Positions 44,352 through 54,842 of a DNA stretch of 64,000 nucleotides are shown piece after piece (the first letter of the stretch is position 1; every line of letters starts with the position of its first letter). The DNA lies in IMG/VR virus record IMGVR_UViG_3300005529_000001, positions 1-64,000 of that record; one strand, written 5' to 3'. The position numbers were made by a program, and so were the translations under genes. The notes below the pieces were generated by a model. That model made no database searches and was not told the origin of the DNA. It saw nothing but the letters and a program-made list of their open reading frames with translations.

Positions 44352-44980
44352 GGAGCTAACTATCAACCTCAACGGCCCTGGGGGAACCCTTCCGCCCAGT
44401 CATGAAGCCGGTCAGACAGGTCATCGACGACGTCCTTGGCTTCGTCCTCGTTTTCCCACGAGGGTTCAAAAACATCGAACTCGAAAACACCAGGATTGTT
44501 TGTCGGCTCCAGGATGTCAAACTGGTAGTTGACCTTGCAACCGTACTCATCTTGAAAGTCTTCGATGAGAGCGGCGATATCGTAGTCGGTCTTTCCGTGC
44601 CCGTTCGCCACGTCTATCACGATTTCATTGAGCGGGTCATTGACGACCTTATCACCAGTGATGGGTGTCTCAACGCTGAGACCAGCACGGTGTGGGACGC
44701 CCGATCCGTTCAAAACGACTGGTTCACCATGGTAAGCACAGACTCGGAAAATGAAGCCGTTCATAGCCTTGACCGTAACACTCTCAAGTGTCAGATTGCA
44801 CTAACGTGAAAGCTGAGAGGGACGAGGTCCGGATGAGGCGATTGTTGATGATGACGTGCCACTCCCAAGGTGCGGTGTCAACGCCATCTTCAGAAATTAT
44901 TTTCAGCGAGGAAACGACAATCCCAAAACCACGTCCGTTTGCGTGCACCAAGTCACCCGGCACGAAACCTATGCCCTTCT

Positions 44981-45397
44981 TTACTCTGGGTCGCGCCATC
45001 GTTCTCTCCGTTTGACCTGGAGCTGCGCGATGACTTCGTCGGCTCGCCCGCCCTTGCCCGCGTGCATGTCATGTCTAATGCCCTTCTCATTGTTGCAACG
45101 AGAACACGCTAACGCTAGGTTACTCGGGTCAGTCGCTTCGCCATCATCACACAAAGGCTTGATATGTTCAATTGTCGCCTTCGTTTCACCCGATGGGTGA
45201 ACCAGTAGCTTGGTGCCGCAGTGGATACACTTGCCTACCCACGGCTGTGGATAACGTACAGGGTCAGGGTGGACAGCGATCGGACGAAACGTGTTATCCG
45301 TCGCTACGATCGAAAGGACTACGTCAGCCCTGCTCTTCGCTCTGGGCCTGGTCGGAGCCCTCTCCGTCCTGTCCTTCTTCGCCCTCTTCCGACTCAT
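44981..45397 (-). CDS. HNH endonuclease
   Basis: CIHCG...TIEHIKP...NLALACSRCNNEKG. Confidence 0.85.
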   Translation of the reverse strand: MSRKRAKKDRTERAPTRPRAKSRADVVLSIVATDNTFRPIAVHPDPVRYPQPWVGKCIHCGTKLLVHPSGETKATIEHIKPLCDDGEATDPSNLALACSRCNNEKGIRHDMHAGKGGRADEVIAQLQVKRRERWRDPE

Positions 45398-46253
45398 CGT
45401 CTTCGGAGTCTACATCACCACCGCCCGGTTTTGCATTCGCTCCCAACATCGTGCTGGTGTCACCACCACCGGAGAGCTCTGGGATTTCTGGTGCGCGGCG
45501 AGCCGCAACGCCATCCATTCCCATCACTGACGGGTGGATAGTCGTGGGATCGTTTTCAGGGCAGTGCATCTTCAACGTCGTTACCGGATCCTCGGGTCGT
45601 CTCGGATCGCCCTCCGTCCCAGCGGGACGCCCGGGCGTCGCGTACCACATTCCCTGGATCTGCTCTGGCGAACCGTGATCACGTTCCGCATCATAGTCCG
45701 AGTAAAAACCCTTGGGAGGCTCAACTGGATCAACCATGCCGGCGCCAGCGGGATACTCAGCTAGCAACTGGCGTTGCTGCATGTACTCATGCGCTTCGCT
45801 AACAAGCCAGGCCGTCTCTCCGAACAGGCTCGTTGGTTTTTCTTCGGGCGGGTCACCCAGTGACGTCTTTTCTTCGTCACCCTTGAGGTGAGGTGACATC
45901 TTCAGGTCATCGTCGCCAGTTTCAGGGTCAGGGATTCCGTTTCCCTTCCCATCACCGAGCATGCGATCGTCTGTCTCGTCAAGGTCGCCCTCTGCTCCAG
46001 AAGGCAAGCCCATCGGATCGCCCAAACGTTCGTGATCATAGGGTTCGGGTTCGTAACCATTGGGAGCCCAACGACCGGGGACAACAGCCTGCTCGTCCAT
46101 GTCACCCTCGAGGCTGGCACTCTTGGGCAGCTCGCTTTCCAAATGACCCGGGACAGCTGCGTCTGGGTCGCTGGGAGCCGATGGGGTCGTCCCACGAGAC
46201 ATCATGACCGCCTCGTGCAAGTACTCCCTGAGCAGACCTAACCTGATTCTCAC
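45324..46253 (-). CDS. acidic low-complexity protein with VRIRLGLLREYLHEA N-terminus
   Basis: D/E/P/G rich; start trimmed to GTG. Confidence 0.65.
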   Translation of the reverse strand: MRIRLGLLREYLHEAVMMSRGTTPSAPSDPDAAVPGHLESELPKSASLEGDMDEQAVVPGRWAPNGYEPEPYDHERLGDPMGLPSGAEGDLDETDDRMLGDGKGNGIPDPETGDDDLKMSPHLKGDEEKTSLGDPPEEKPTSLFGETAWLVSEAHEYMQQRQLLAEYPAGAGMVDPVEPPKGFYSDYDAERDHGSPEQIQGMWYATPGRPAGTEGDPRRPEDPVTTLKMHCPENDPTTIHPSVMGMDGVAARRAPEIPELSGGGDTSTMLGANAKPGGGDVDSEDDESEEGEEGQDGEGSDQAQSEEQG

Positions 46254-46557
46254 GAGGGTAACTATTCTAGAAACCGGATGACTTCGGGATTGAGGGTGCT
46301 CACCGTGTACTCGAGGAAAGCATCCCTGCAATTAGCTCCCCAGATCACACGGATGCGATCGATCCCATCGTTAGCAACGACCACCCCGAGACCCACGAAC
46401 GCGGGTACTATGCCCTTATTGACTAACGTTGTCTTGCGACTATCATAGACGATAAACGCGCCAGGCGGCCACGACTCGATGTTGCGGATGCTCTTTTCTG
46501 CTTGTTGCCACACAGCCCGAGTCGACCTACCATCAGGTTTCTTGGGTGACTTTCTTA

Positions 46558-46953
46558 TCACGTCCCGACCAGACGTAGCTGCGGCGGGGGGCTGACGGGG
46601 GTCGCCAACAGCTCAGCAGAGATGATCCGGTGAGGAACCCGCTTGTTGATCCACTGCCTGAACGCTTTCTGGCCCATCAGCGCTCGCTTCCGGGCCAGAA
46701 CAAACGTTGCGTCCATCAGGCTCATGTCCTGGCGGAAGTTGTTGCAGTTGTAGTGAGAGGGCGCTTGGTTGTCCTGTATACCACGAGCAACGGAGCGCGG
46801 GATCAGGTGTTCGATGGTGACACTGTGCAGCGACTCGAATGTCTCTCCGCACAGGACACAGTGCCAGTCCCACATCCTGAGCAATCGAAGCCGCTTCTCC
46901 ACGTCCTTAGGTTTCATCACCATCGGAGCGCTGGCCTTCTTGCTTTTCGGCAT
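46558..46953 (-). CDS. HNH endonuclease
   Basis: CVLCG...TIEHLIP...NQAPSHYNCN. Confidence 0.75.
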   Translation of the reverse strand: MPKSKKASAPMVMKPKDVEKRLRLLRMWDWHCVLCGETFESLHSVTIEHLIPRSVARGIQDNQAPSHYNCNNFRQDMSLMDATFVLARKRALMGQKAFRQWINKRVPHRIISAELLATPVSPPPQLRLVGT

Positions 46954-47043
46954 GTCTAGACCTTACCCAGTTGCCCACAGAAAATGCATCACGGGAGCCA
47001 TCCAGTGGACAGCCCCCGTGCAAGCAAAGCGTTCTTGGTGGGT

Positions 47044-47616
47044 TCAGTGCGACGAGCTGGGACCGATCTGGATGGGACCGGCGCGCTTCGTGTCGAAAGC
47101 CTGCTTGGTCTCGTCGTTGATGACGATGTCGTACTGACTCATGTCGACCTTGGGGAAGCCCATCATGTGAGCGATGCTGCCATTCGGAACCGAGCCCAGG
47201 GAGATCTCGTAGACGCGCTTCTTATCGAGCAACGTTTTCTGGTCAGCTTCGAAGCTGTTGCGACCCGCTTCGATCGCCTGCTGCAGGCGGACGTACATCG
47301 AAACATCGAAGTTCGGGTTGTGCTCCTGGATGAACTGAAACACTGCCTTCGAGCCGTCCTTGCCGTAACGGCCCTGCATCGCGCCGTCATAGACCTTCTG
47401 GAGGTCAGCGGCGTACATGCTCGGGACCTGGGCCATCTCCTTCACCTTGTTGAAGTAGTTAGCGTAGTTGTTCTGGTCCTGGGAGTACTGCGCCTTGAGC
47501 CCAGCTTCCTGGGTGACACAGTCGTTGTTGATGCCGGCGACGCAAGCGAAACAGCCGACGCCGAAGACCACGAGGATTGCCACGGTGGCGATGAGAGCCT
47601 TGATTGCGATTGACAT
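47044..47616 (-). CDS. membrane-anchored LemA-like helical protein
   Basis: N-terminal TM/lipobox, YANYFNKV...[11 protein letters not shown]. Confidence 0.55.
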   Translation of the reverse strand: MSIAIKALIATVAILVVFGVGCFACVAGINNDCVTQEAGLKAQYSQDQNNYANYFNKVKEMAQVPSMYAADLQKVYDGAMQGRYGKDGSKAVFQFIQEHNPNFDVSMYVRLQQAIEAGRNSFEADQKTLLDKKRVYEISLGSVPNGSIAHMMGFPKVDMSQYDIVINDETKQAFDTKRAGPIQIGPSSSH

Positions 47617-47647
47617 GTGAGAGTTCTACCTTGTTTGGGTTGGTTGT

Positions 47648-48811
47648 TCAGTAGTAGCTGTAGGGGTAACGTCGGGAGCTGTTTTGATCGGGACCGAAGT
47701 CGTTCTGGTCGCCCTCTTCGAAAGGATCGTTGAGTTCGAAGAAGACCGTCAGCCCGATGCTGACAACGAGGGCGATGATGAGGGTTACCCACCACTCGGT
47801 GGGTGTTGGCGTCATCTCGGCCTCGAGGTATTGGAAGTCGTGCATCGGCTTGCGCTGGAAGTACTGGTCCACGTTGGTCCGCAGGTCTTGCATGACAGCG
47901 TCCTTGGTCAGGACGGCGTCGTTCATGACATCGTCACGGAGCTTGACCTTGAACAGCTCGTTGGTCGTCCAGCACATTACCGTCGCCCACTGTGGCTTCA
48001 GGTTGTCGTCAACGGAAACGACCAGGGTCACGTCGTTTTTCTTGCCACCCGTCCACGACTCTTCGAGGGCGTAGAAGTAATCGTCGGGCATGTTCTTGAC
48101 CAAGACAACGATGGTGTTGGCTTGCTTGGCTCGTCCGAGGTCACCGTTGAGTTCAGCTAGCGCGGCGTTCCAGTCAGACTGGTCGGGTAACGTGAAGCCC
48201 AGGGTGACGAGATGGTCGAGCCGGTAGTAGTCGTAGACGTGTTGTGGGTTGGCTGGCAGCTGGCCCTTGTACTTCTCCGTCAAGCCTTGGTGCCTGAACA
48301 GGGTCCCGGGCGACGCCTTGATGTAGTTCTCGAACGGGTGGGTCAGGCTGGTCGGGTCGCCGATCTTGACCGACGTCCAACGCGGGGGCTCCTTGACGCC
48401 CTGGTCATCGATTCGGTCGATGTCAACGTGTTCGGCGTTCGTGGTGTCAACCACCCAGTCGTAATCGTTGCCTTGGACCTTGCGTGACCAACCGTGGTGA
48501 CGGTAGCACGTGTCGCACTCCTCGTGACACGATCGTTTCTTGCCCGACCCACTGCACACGTTGTGACAATCACAATCGTAGGAGTGCTCGCATGGGACAG
48601 TCACCCGTTCCTTGCTTGCCACCCGCCCGTCCCACACCTCGGTGTCGCTCTTGTTTTGGCTCGAGACGATGCCAGCAGCTGCTCCAGCAACGACCAGGTT
48701 CGCCGCAAAAATGCAGGCGAATTCCTTCCAATTGACGCCCTTCAGGAAGACGAAAGCAATTGCTGGGATGACAACGGAGACACCCGCGACGATGAGGAAA
48801 AACGCCCACAT
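47648..48811 (-). CDS. membrane protein with extracytoplasmic domain
   Basis: two N-terminal TMs, Cys-rich insert, WxGGKKNDV, C-terminal TM. Confidence 0.7.
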   Translation of the reverse strand: MWAFFLIVAGVSVVIPAIAFVFLKGVNWKEFACIFAANLVVAGAAAGIVSSQNKSDTEVWDGRVASKERVTVPCEHSYDCDCHNVCSGSGKKRSCHEECDTCYRHHGWSRKVQGNDYDWVVDTTNAEHVDIDRIDDQGVKEPPRWTSVKIGDPTSLTHPFENYIKASPGTLFRHQGLTEKYKGQLPANPQHVYDYYRLDHLVTLGFTLPDQSDWNAALAELNGDLGRAKQANTIVVLVKNMPDDYFYALEESWTGGKKNDVTLVVSVDDNLKPQWATVMCWTTNELFKVKLRDDVMNDAVLTKDAVMQDLRTNVDQYFQRKPMHDFQYLEAEMTPTPTEWWVTLIIALVVSIGLTVFFELNDPFEEGDQNDFGPDQNSSRRYPYSYY

Positions 48812-48850
48812 GTTGGTGGGTCCAACCCTACCACGAGTGTCAACCAAGAT

Positions 48851-49849
48851 TCACACCAAGGCGTTCATGCGCTGGACAGCGAGCTGCAACAGGTTGTTTT
48901 CAACACCGAGGTTGATTCGTATCCGACTTGCATCGCCAAATGCTGACCCAGGCGGGATAGTGACCATCGCTTTATCGGGGTCGAATTTTGAGCCTGGCTT
49001 GAACCAGCCAAACATGCCGTGTTGGGCCATGTCGCTAGTATCCAGCACGTCGGGGTGCAGCGTTCGTATCAGCCTCTTGTTTTCATCAAGGAACCGTCTT
49101 GCCGTGTTGTGAAACGTATCAACATCGCTTGGGTGTTTCTTCTCGTGTTCAATGATGTTTGCCAACACGTCTTGCGATAGGAGCGACACACCCACTGTGG
49201 ACGCTTCGACATACTCACCCGCAAATTTCGCGATACGCTCATCATCAGTGACGATCCACCCGCACCTGAGTCCGCTGAGCCCGTACATCTTGCTGGAGCT
49301 GTAGATCGTGGTGCCCGCCAACTCAGTAATAGCATCTAGATAAACGGGTGTGTGATACGCTGCGTCATGGACGAGGAATGTCCCAAGCTTGGAACACTTC
49401 TTTCTGAGTTCAAGCGCTTCGTCGATCGATGTCAGGCGGCCATCGGGATTGTTTGGCGAGACGATCAGGTATGATGTTCCCCATGTCGGCTCGTCTTTAA
49501 GGACCAAACCCAGTCCTCCGAGCCGGATCGCTTCGGGCATCTGCGACCAGTAGGGCGTTCGCATTGCGATGTGGGTCTGGCCCAGCTTCCGGAGCGCGTA
49601 AAAGACAGCTAGCAACCCCTGCTTTGCCCCAGAAGTGACGATCACGTGTTGGCCGTATCGCTCTTCCAACAACATCACGAGGCGCTGGCTACCCTCGGGT
49701 GCTTGGTAATCGCAATCGCAAATAATGTTATCCAGGTTGAACAGTTCAGGCGGGTACGCAACCTGGAGCGCGTGACGGATGACATGGGCTTCGCCAACTG
49801 TCAGATCGATCCACCCGGGCGGGAGCTTTTTCCTGATGAGCGGGTCCAC
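48851..49849 (-). CDS. PLP-dependent aminotransferase, class I/II
   Basis: SGAKQGL, SPNNPDG, HDAAY, SSSKMYGLSGLRCG. Confidence 0.88.
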   Translation of the reverse strand: MDPLIRKKLPPGWIDLTVGEAHVIRHALQVAYPPELFNLDNIICDCDYQAPEGSQRLVMLLEERYGQHVIVTSGAKQGLLAVFYALRKLGQTHIAMRTPYWSQMPEAIRLGGLGLVLKDEPTWGTSYLIVSPNNPDGRLTSIDEALELRKKCSKLGTFLVHDAAYHTPVYLDAITELAGTTIYSSSKMYGLSGLRCGWIVTDDERIAKFAGEYVEASTVGVSLLSQDVLANIIEHEKKHPSDVDTFHNTARRFLDENKRLIRTLHPDVLDTSDMAQHGMFGWFKPGSKFDPDKAMVTIPPGSAFGDASRIRINLGVENNLLQLAVQRMNALV

Positions 49850-50242
49850 GATCCAAAACTACTCCGCTTCACCGGTTCAGGTTATTGACAATCTCGCCGA
49901 CAAGCTCGGCGGGCTCAATTTCTACCGTCAAGTGCTGCACCTCGACATTGAACACATCTCGGCACATGCCCATCTCATAGCCGAGGTCATGGATTTTGCG
50001 TGCGTGGAGCATGTCGTTGATGTTGTCCTGCAATTCGCTGATCATGTCGGGCGGAAATCGCGACAAGTCTAAACGATCGAGCCGTTCGTCAATCTCCCGA
50101 CGAGTCGCGTCGATCATACCATCAACAGAAGCAAACGCTCGAGCTGAGGTGCCCTCGATCAATTCGCCTTCGTATCCAGTCTCAATGCCCCGGATAACCA
50201 AGAGGTAGACGTACGCCATGGCACCATCATACTCCGTCCCAA

Positions 50243-50974
50243 TTAGCGCGCGAGCTCTTTCCACCGGGTCTCAAGAAATCGAGCGTAAGGCAATCCCGCG
50301 AGACCGTAAGAGCCAACAGCGTACGCGTCTGTCGCCTCGACCAGCAACGTCTCACCCTGCGCGGTGACGCCCATGTCGAGGCAGAACGCAGCATTCATCT
50401 TGCCCTTGCAACACTTGAGTGCTTTGTTATAGGTGCTCTTGTTGAGCGAGGTGAACGCGTCACCGCGGTAGTGCCGGACGCCGACGGGCTGGTCGTGCTT
50501 GAAGAAGCAACGGTATTCGCTCACAAACTCGATCTCATCGCTGACAAAGCAGGGAGTCTCTTCCGGGTATGCAGCAACCGCAAGCCTCGATCGCGGGTCA
50601 AGCGGATCAAAGACGAAACCCCCGAACAGCTTCTGTTGGACGGGCTTGACGAACTTGCGAGCGACAAGGCTCCTGACTCCTGCCAACGTCATGCGCTCGA
50701 TCTTCCGTCCCAACATCCAGTCGAGGTGTTCGGGATAATCAACGGGTGTTGGCACCGGTTTGCCTAGCAACTTCAATGCATCCCAGACGTCACCCAGGTT
50801 GCCGCAGACGATGACACTCGGGCCGAGGTCAGGCATGTTCTCAAGGTTCAGGTCACCGAACCCGTAGAACGGGACCACAGGGATCCCCTGGATGTGGAAG
50901 CCCTCGGCCGCAGCATAGGTGTTGGCGTTGTCCGGGATGTTCTCACGGAAACGGATGTAAGCCTTGTCAAGCAT
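50243..50974 (-). CDS. ATP-grasp domain protein (DUF4343/R2K-like)
   Basis: FVKP..QKLF, SEYRCF, LDMG, LLVE. Confidence 0.8.
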   Translation of the reverse strand: MLDKAYIRFRENIPDNANTYAAAEGFHIQGIPVVPFYGFGDLNLENMPDLGPSVIVCGNLGDVWDALKLLGKPVPTPVDYPEHLDWMLGRKIERMTLAGVRSLVARKFVKPVQQKLFGGFVFDPLDPRSRLAVAAYPEETPCFVSDEIEFVSEYRCFFKHDQPVGVRHYRGDAFTSLNKSTYNKALKCCKGKMNAAFCLDMGVTAQGETLLVEATDAYAVGSYGLAGLPYARFLETRWKELAR

Positions 50975-51887
50975 TTGCGTGCTGCTCCACGAGCTTCAAA
51001 CCCTCAGCGACATAGTAATCAACAGGCTGGTCTTTCTGAAGGAGACCCGCCTTCATCATCTCTTCCAACTCGTCTCTGACCGCGTTGCACCACGACCCAG
51101 GTTTGGTCGCCACCTTCGACAAGATGATTCCCATCGTGCCCTTCGGCAGCTTGGGCGAGTTGTCATCAGCGTAGACCTGCTTGACCCTGACTTCTAGTTC
51201 AGCAGCACGAGCGAGTGCCCGAGCGCGCTTGTCAGGACGCTTGGTCGTCAGGTCAGCGCGGGACAGCGCCATCAGCCTCTCAAAGTTGCGGACGTCACCG
51301 ATGTCGACGAGCAGTCTCCTGACCCCTGAGTCACCCCACGACTTCTTGTAAGCCGCGGGTCGGAGGTGGTTCAGCACCAGAGCCCTGACGGTCGTGAACA
51401 AGCTGTGGTCGTTTCTGAACAGGTCAAGCCGGTGATCGATGCGATCCAACATCCTTGCCCCGACAACGTCATGCTGGTGGAACGTCACCCGACCATTGAC
51501 GAATGCACGCGTCCGAGCCTTGCCGATGTCATGCATCAACGCGCCCCATCGCAGTTCAAGCTGAGGTGGCACCCCAGCGACGACCTGCTTGGTGTGATCC
51601 CAAACGTCCTTGTGAAGTGCCGAACGCGGGTCTTCACCCAAACCCTTCATCTCCCCGATCTCGGGGAATAACGCTTCGAGACAGCCCGTCTTCAGCAACA
51701 GCTCAAGCCCATCAGCTGGGCGTGAGCCGCAGAGGATCTGATCAAGGAGCTTGCGGACGGTCAGCGGGTTGCGACGCCACAGGTCTTCGAACTCACCGGG
51801 AGAAAAGACTCGTGGGACAAACAAATCATCAGGAGCGCCCGTGTTGGAGCCCCTAACACACAACTCTAGGAGTTCGATCGGATCCAT
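50967..51887 (-). CDS. HD-domain protein resembling the C-terminal half of CCA-adding enzyme
   Basis: L...G.L..LFPE, HKDVWDHT, ALMHDIGK, F..H..VGA, NHLR, VRRL, LSRAD; no N-terminal DxD head. Confidence 0.85.
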   Translation of the reverse strand: MDPIELLELCVRGSNTGAPDDLFVPRVFSPGEFEDLWRRNPLTVRKLLDQILCGSRPADGLELLLKTGCLEALFPEIGEMKGLGEDPRSALHKDVWDHTKQVVAGVPPQLELRWGALMHDIGKARTRAFVNGRVTFHQHDVVGARMLDRIDHRLDLFRNDHSLFTTVRALVLNHLRPAAYKKSWGDSGVRRLLVDIGDVRNFERLMALSRADLTTKRPDKRARALARAAELEVRVKQVYADDNSPKLPKGTMGIILSKVATKPGSWCNAVRDELEEMMKAGLLQKDQPVDYYVAEGLKLVEQHANA

Positions 51888-53046
51888 GACCTGCTTATCG
51901 TATCACAACCACGAATCTGTTTTCACGGGTTGAGGTGATGCACGTCACCCTTGACCGTGTTCGCTGGGCACTGCCGAGACAACCCTTGGACGTGCCAGAT
52001 GTTGTCTTGGCCCAAGTACCAGCAATATAGGTCATCACGGATGTAACGAGGCTCGGGAGCGTAGGGATTGTGAACGCAGCCCGCGAGCAGGAGAAGACAA
52101 ATGACACGTTTCATGTCATGAACTCTATCCTAGCTCAGAATGTCGTTCACCCTTCTTTTCGTGCTCAAACGGGCGCCATGGCATCCAGACGCGGATGACT
52201 GCCAGAGCAATGAGACAGACGAAAAACAGCTGCCAGACATCAAGGTTGTAAGAAACGCCCCAGACCTTGAAAGCGTGTTCGATCGTAAAACATGCGGCGA
52301 CGAGCACGCTTATCCGAGCGAGCCAGACGAATGCATGGTACAGAGCCCAAGCGATCACGTGACGGGTGACCCCTTGGGCAAACCCTCACCGTCTGGAAAC
52401 AGCACGTGCATCAATGCGACCGTATCACGGACCAGCTCGCTGTCGAAGTGTGCCAAGCCCGTCGTGGGATCAAAGCTCACGATAGCTTTGGGCCAGTCGC
52501 TTGGGTAGGGTGCTGCCCACAGCACGCACAGCCTCGTTAGCAAGCCAAACGCTTGGCCACGCTTGGCCACGTTCCCGTTGAGCTCATCATCACAGATCTT
52601 GTTGAGCAAGTTGACGAGCGGGACGACCTCGGGTGGGAAGATGGGAACACGAGGGTTCTTGGGTGGCTTTTGATCTTTCTTTCCCATGGGAGCGCTCTGG
52701 ATTGCGATACGACGTTGCTCGCTCTTACAAATAGCGACTTGTTTTGATTTCACGTCGTGACCTTGACGCGGCGTTTTCCCAACCGCTTCTTGACATCATA
52801 CATCGTGTCGATGACGAGCTCCCTGTTCTCAGCAAGTCGCCTGACGATGTCTTGTGAGTTCAGCAGCTCGTGGACCTGCAGGACCGCAGTCAGGCTTGGG
52901 TCATTGAGGATAGCCTTGAGCTGATCCTCCGCTTCGACCAACTTGACCGCAGCAAGCATGAGCTTAGCATGGACGTCAACGCAATCAGCGAAAGGAGCAA
53001 CTTTGGCCATGCTCGGATTGTAAGCACGCCATCGCAGCCTTTGCAC

Positions 53047-53613
53047 TCAGTAACAGTAGGACAACTCGTCAAGATTGATCCGGTTCCACGCTGCGACTTG
53101 CGCAACGGTCGTCCGGTCAGGACAGACAAACGCGTGTGGGTACCAGGTCGTGTTCATCAGCGTCCCGTAGACGTGTTGGGCTCCAAAAGCGTGACCCATC
53201 TCGTGTTGGAGGATGCCGCTGACATCCTGCTCATACCAGTTTTTTCGTAGCGAAATCTCGAAACCGCCCAGTGTAGACGTCCACGCCAGGGGCTTTGGAA
53301 CGTTGACCCCGTCGTTGTCTTGGGGTGCATCGATTGCTTCGTGGACCCACAGGGTGCAGCTGTCTTTCCAGGGTTGCCCGTGGTCTACGGCCACAACGTG
53401 GCGCCACTGGTGCAGAGCTCGGTCCCACTGGTCTATGGCATCATGAGCGCCTGGAATGGAAGCGTTAGGTAGGTCGAGACACACGTAGATGTGTCCCTGT
53501 TCTTCAGGTTGCACCGCGAGTGGCGGTTTGCTCCACTCCACGCCGCAGCCGTTAGACAGCACCGCCACGAAGCACACAGCGCTTGCCAGTGATACGAACC
53601 GTCCGAACCCCAT
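53047..53613 (-). CDS. lipoprotein zinc metallopeptidase (matrixin-like)
   Basis: lipobox SNGC; HEMGHAFGAQH; TLM Met-turn. Confidence 0.8.
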   Translation of the reverse strand: MGFGRFVSLASAVCFVAVLSNGCGVEWSKPPLAVQPEEQGHIYVCLDLPNASIPGAHDAIDQWDRALHQWRHVVAVDHGQPWKDSCTLWVHEAIDAPQDNDGVNVPKPLAWTSTLGGFEISLRKNWYEQDVSGILQHEMGHAFGAQHVYGTLMNTTWYPHAFVCPDRTTVAQVAAWNRINLDELSYCY

Positions 53614-54842
53614 TGACGGTACCTATCCGTTGCAAGCACTCTGTTGGCACCCAAACCAAGCCCGCGCCAGGCGCTAAGACAAGGCAACACGCTGCTTCTT
53701 CGTCATCTATTGAATAGACGACAATGCCAACGTCCTTTTCAGCCCAGTGAGTGTCAGTTAGCTTTGGGTCATTCCATAACAGCGGAGTGACCATGGCGGT
53801 GAACTCAAGGCCGTCTTCATAGTTGCAGTCGCTCCAACGGTAGACATAGTTGATGAACGAGCCACGCTGGACCAGGTCACCCGGGAAGACAACCATCAGA
53901 AGAGCTTTTTGATCTCGCCACGACTCCAAATCTGCATCAGATCTCTTGGGTCGTCGATCTGTTCGGGCTTGGCTGCGGCGCCCATCGCCATCCGTTGCTT
54001 GGCTGTCTTGATGCGAAGCTTCTCGACCTCGGCTTCAAGCTTCTTGGTGAGCTCGGCTCTCTCGTCTTTCGGGCTGCGGCCGTTGAACAGCGTCACCGCT
54101 GCATCACGGCAACGGTTGAAGAAATCAAAGATGTCTTTGATGTCAATCTCATCACCGAAACGGATGCCCAGCGGCTCGTCACCCTCAGCGACGTCCGTCT
54201 CCCTGATGCTGAAATCAACCCTAAAACGTTTCACTTTCTCTTTTCTCTTGGGAGGACATTGGGCCCACCCAAAGCGCCGCTGATCCCATCAATGAAACCG
54301 ATCGCCATCTTGCCGAACTCCCAAGCCATCCAGAAAGCGATGATGAGCGCGATGATGAGGATGGCACCAACGATGCAGATGAGAACGACAGCCCATGTCG
54401 GTAACGTGATCATGATCTCCTCGCGGCGTTGAACGCTTTGACACGTGCCCAGGTGCAGTAAACACCCGCCATGACGATCATCTGCTGGGCCCAGAAATGG
54501 TAGATGGGCGGGCGGCCCAAGCGAAACCAATGGTAGAGCGTGACGCCCAAGACAACGCTGGTGATCGTTGACAGGACCAGCGCCCAGACCAGGTGGTAAC
54601 GAGCGAGCGCGTTCACTTCTCTTCCTTGGGACCGTCGTCGGTGATGACGATGTTCTTCACCACCTTGATCCCACGTGGGACGACAAGGTATGACAGCACG
54701 GTCAAGTTCCACGTCAAGGTTGCCAGCAACACCATCGCTGGGATCGACCACGTCATGTTGTGCTGGTTGAAGACGTGCAACCCCCAGACCATGATGGGGG
54801 CGCAGACAGCGTTGGCGGCGTATCGGAACCAGGGAGGCAGTT

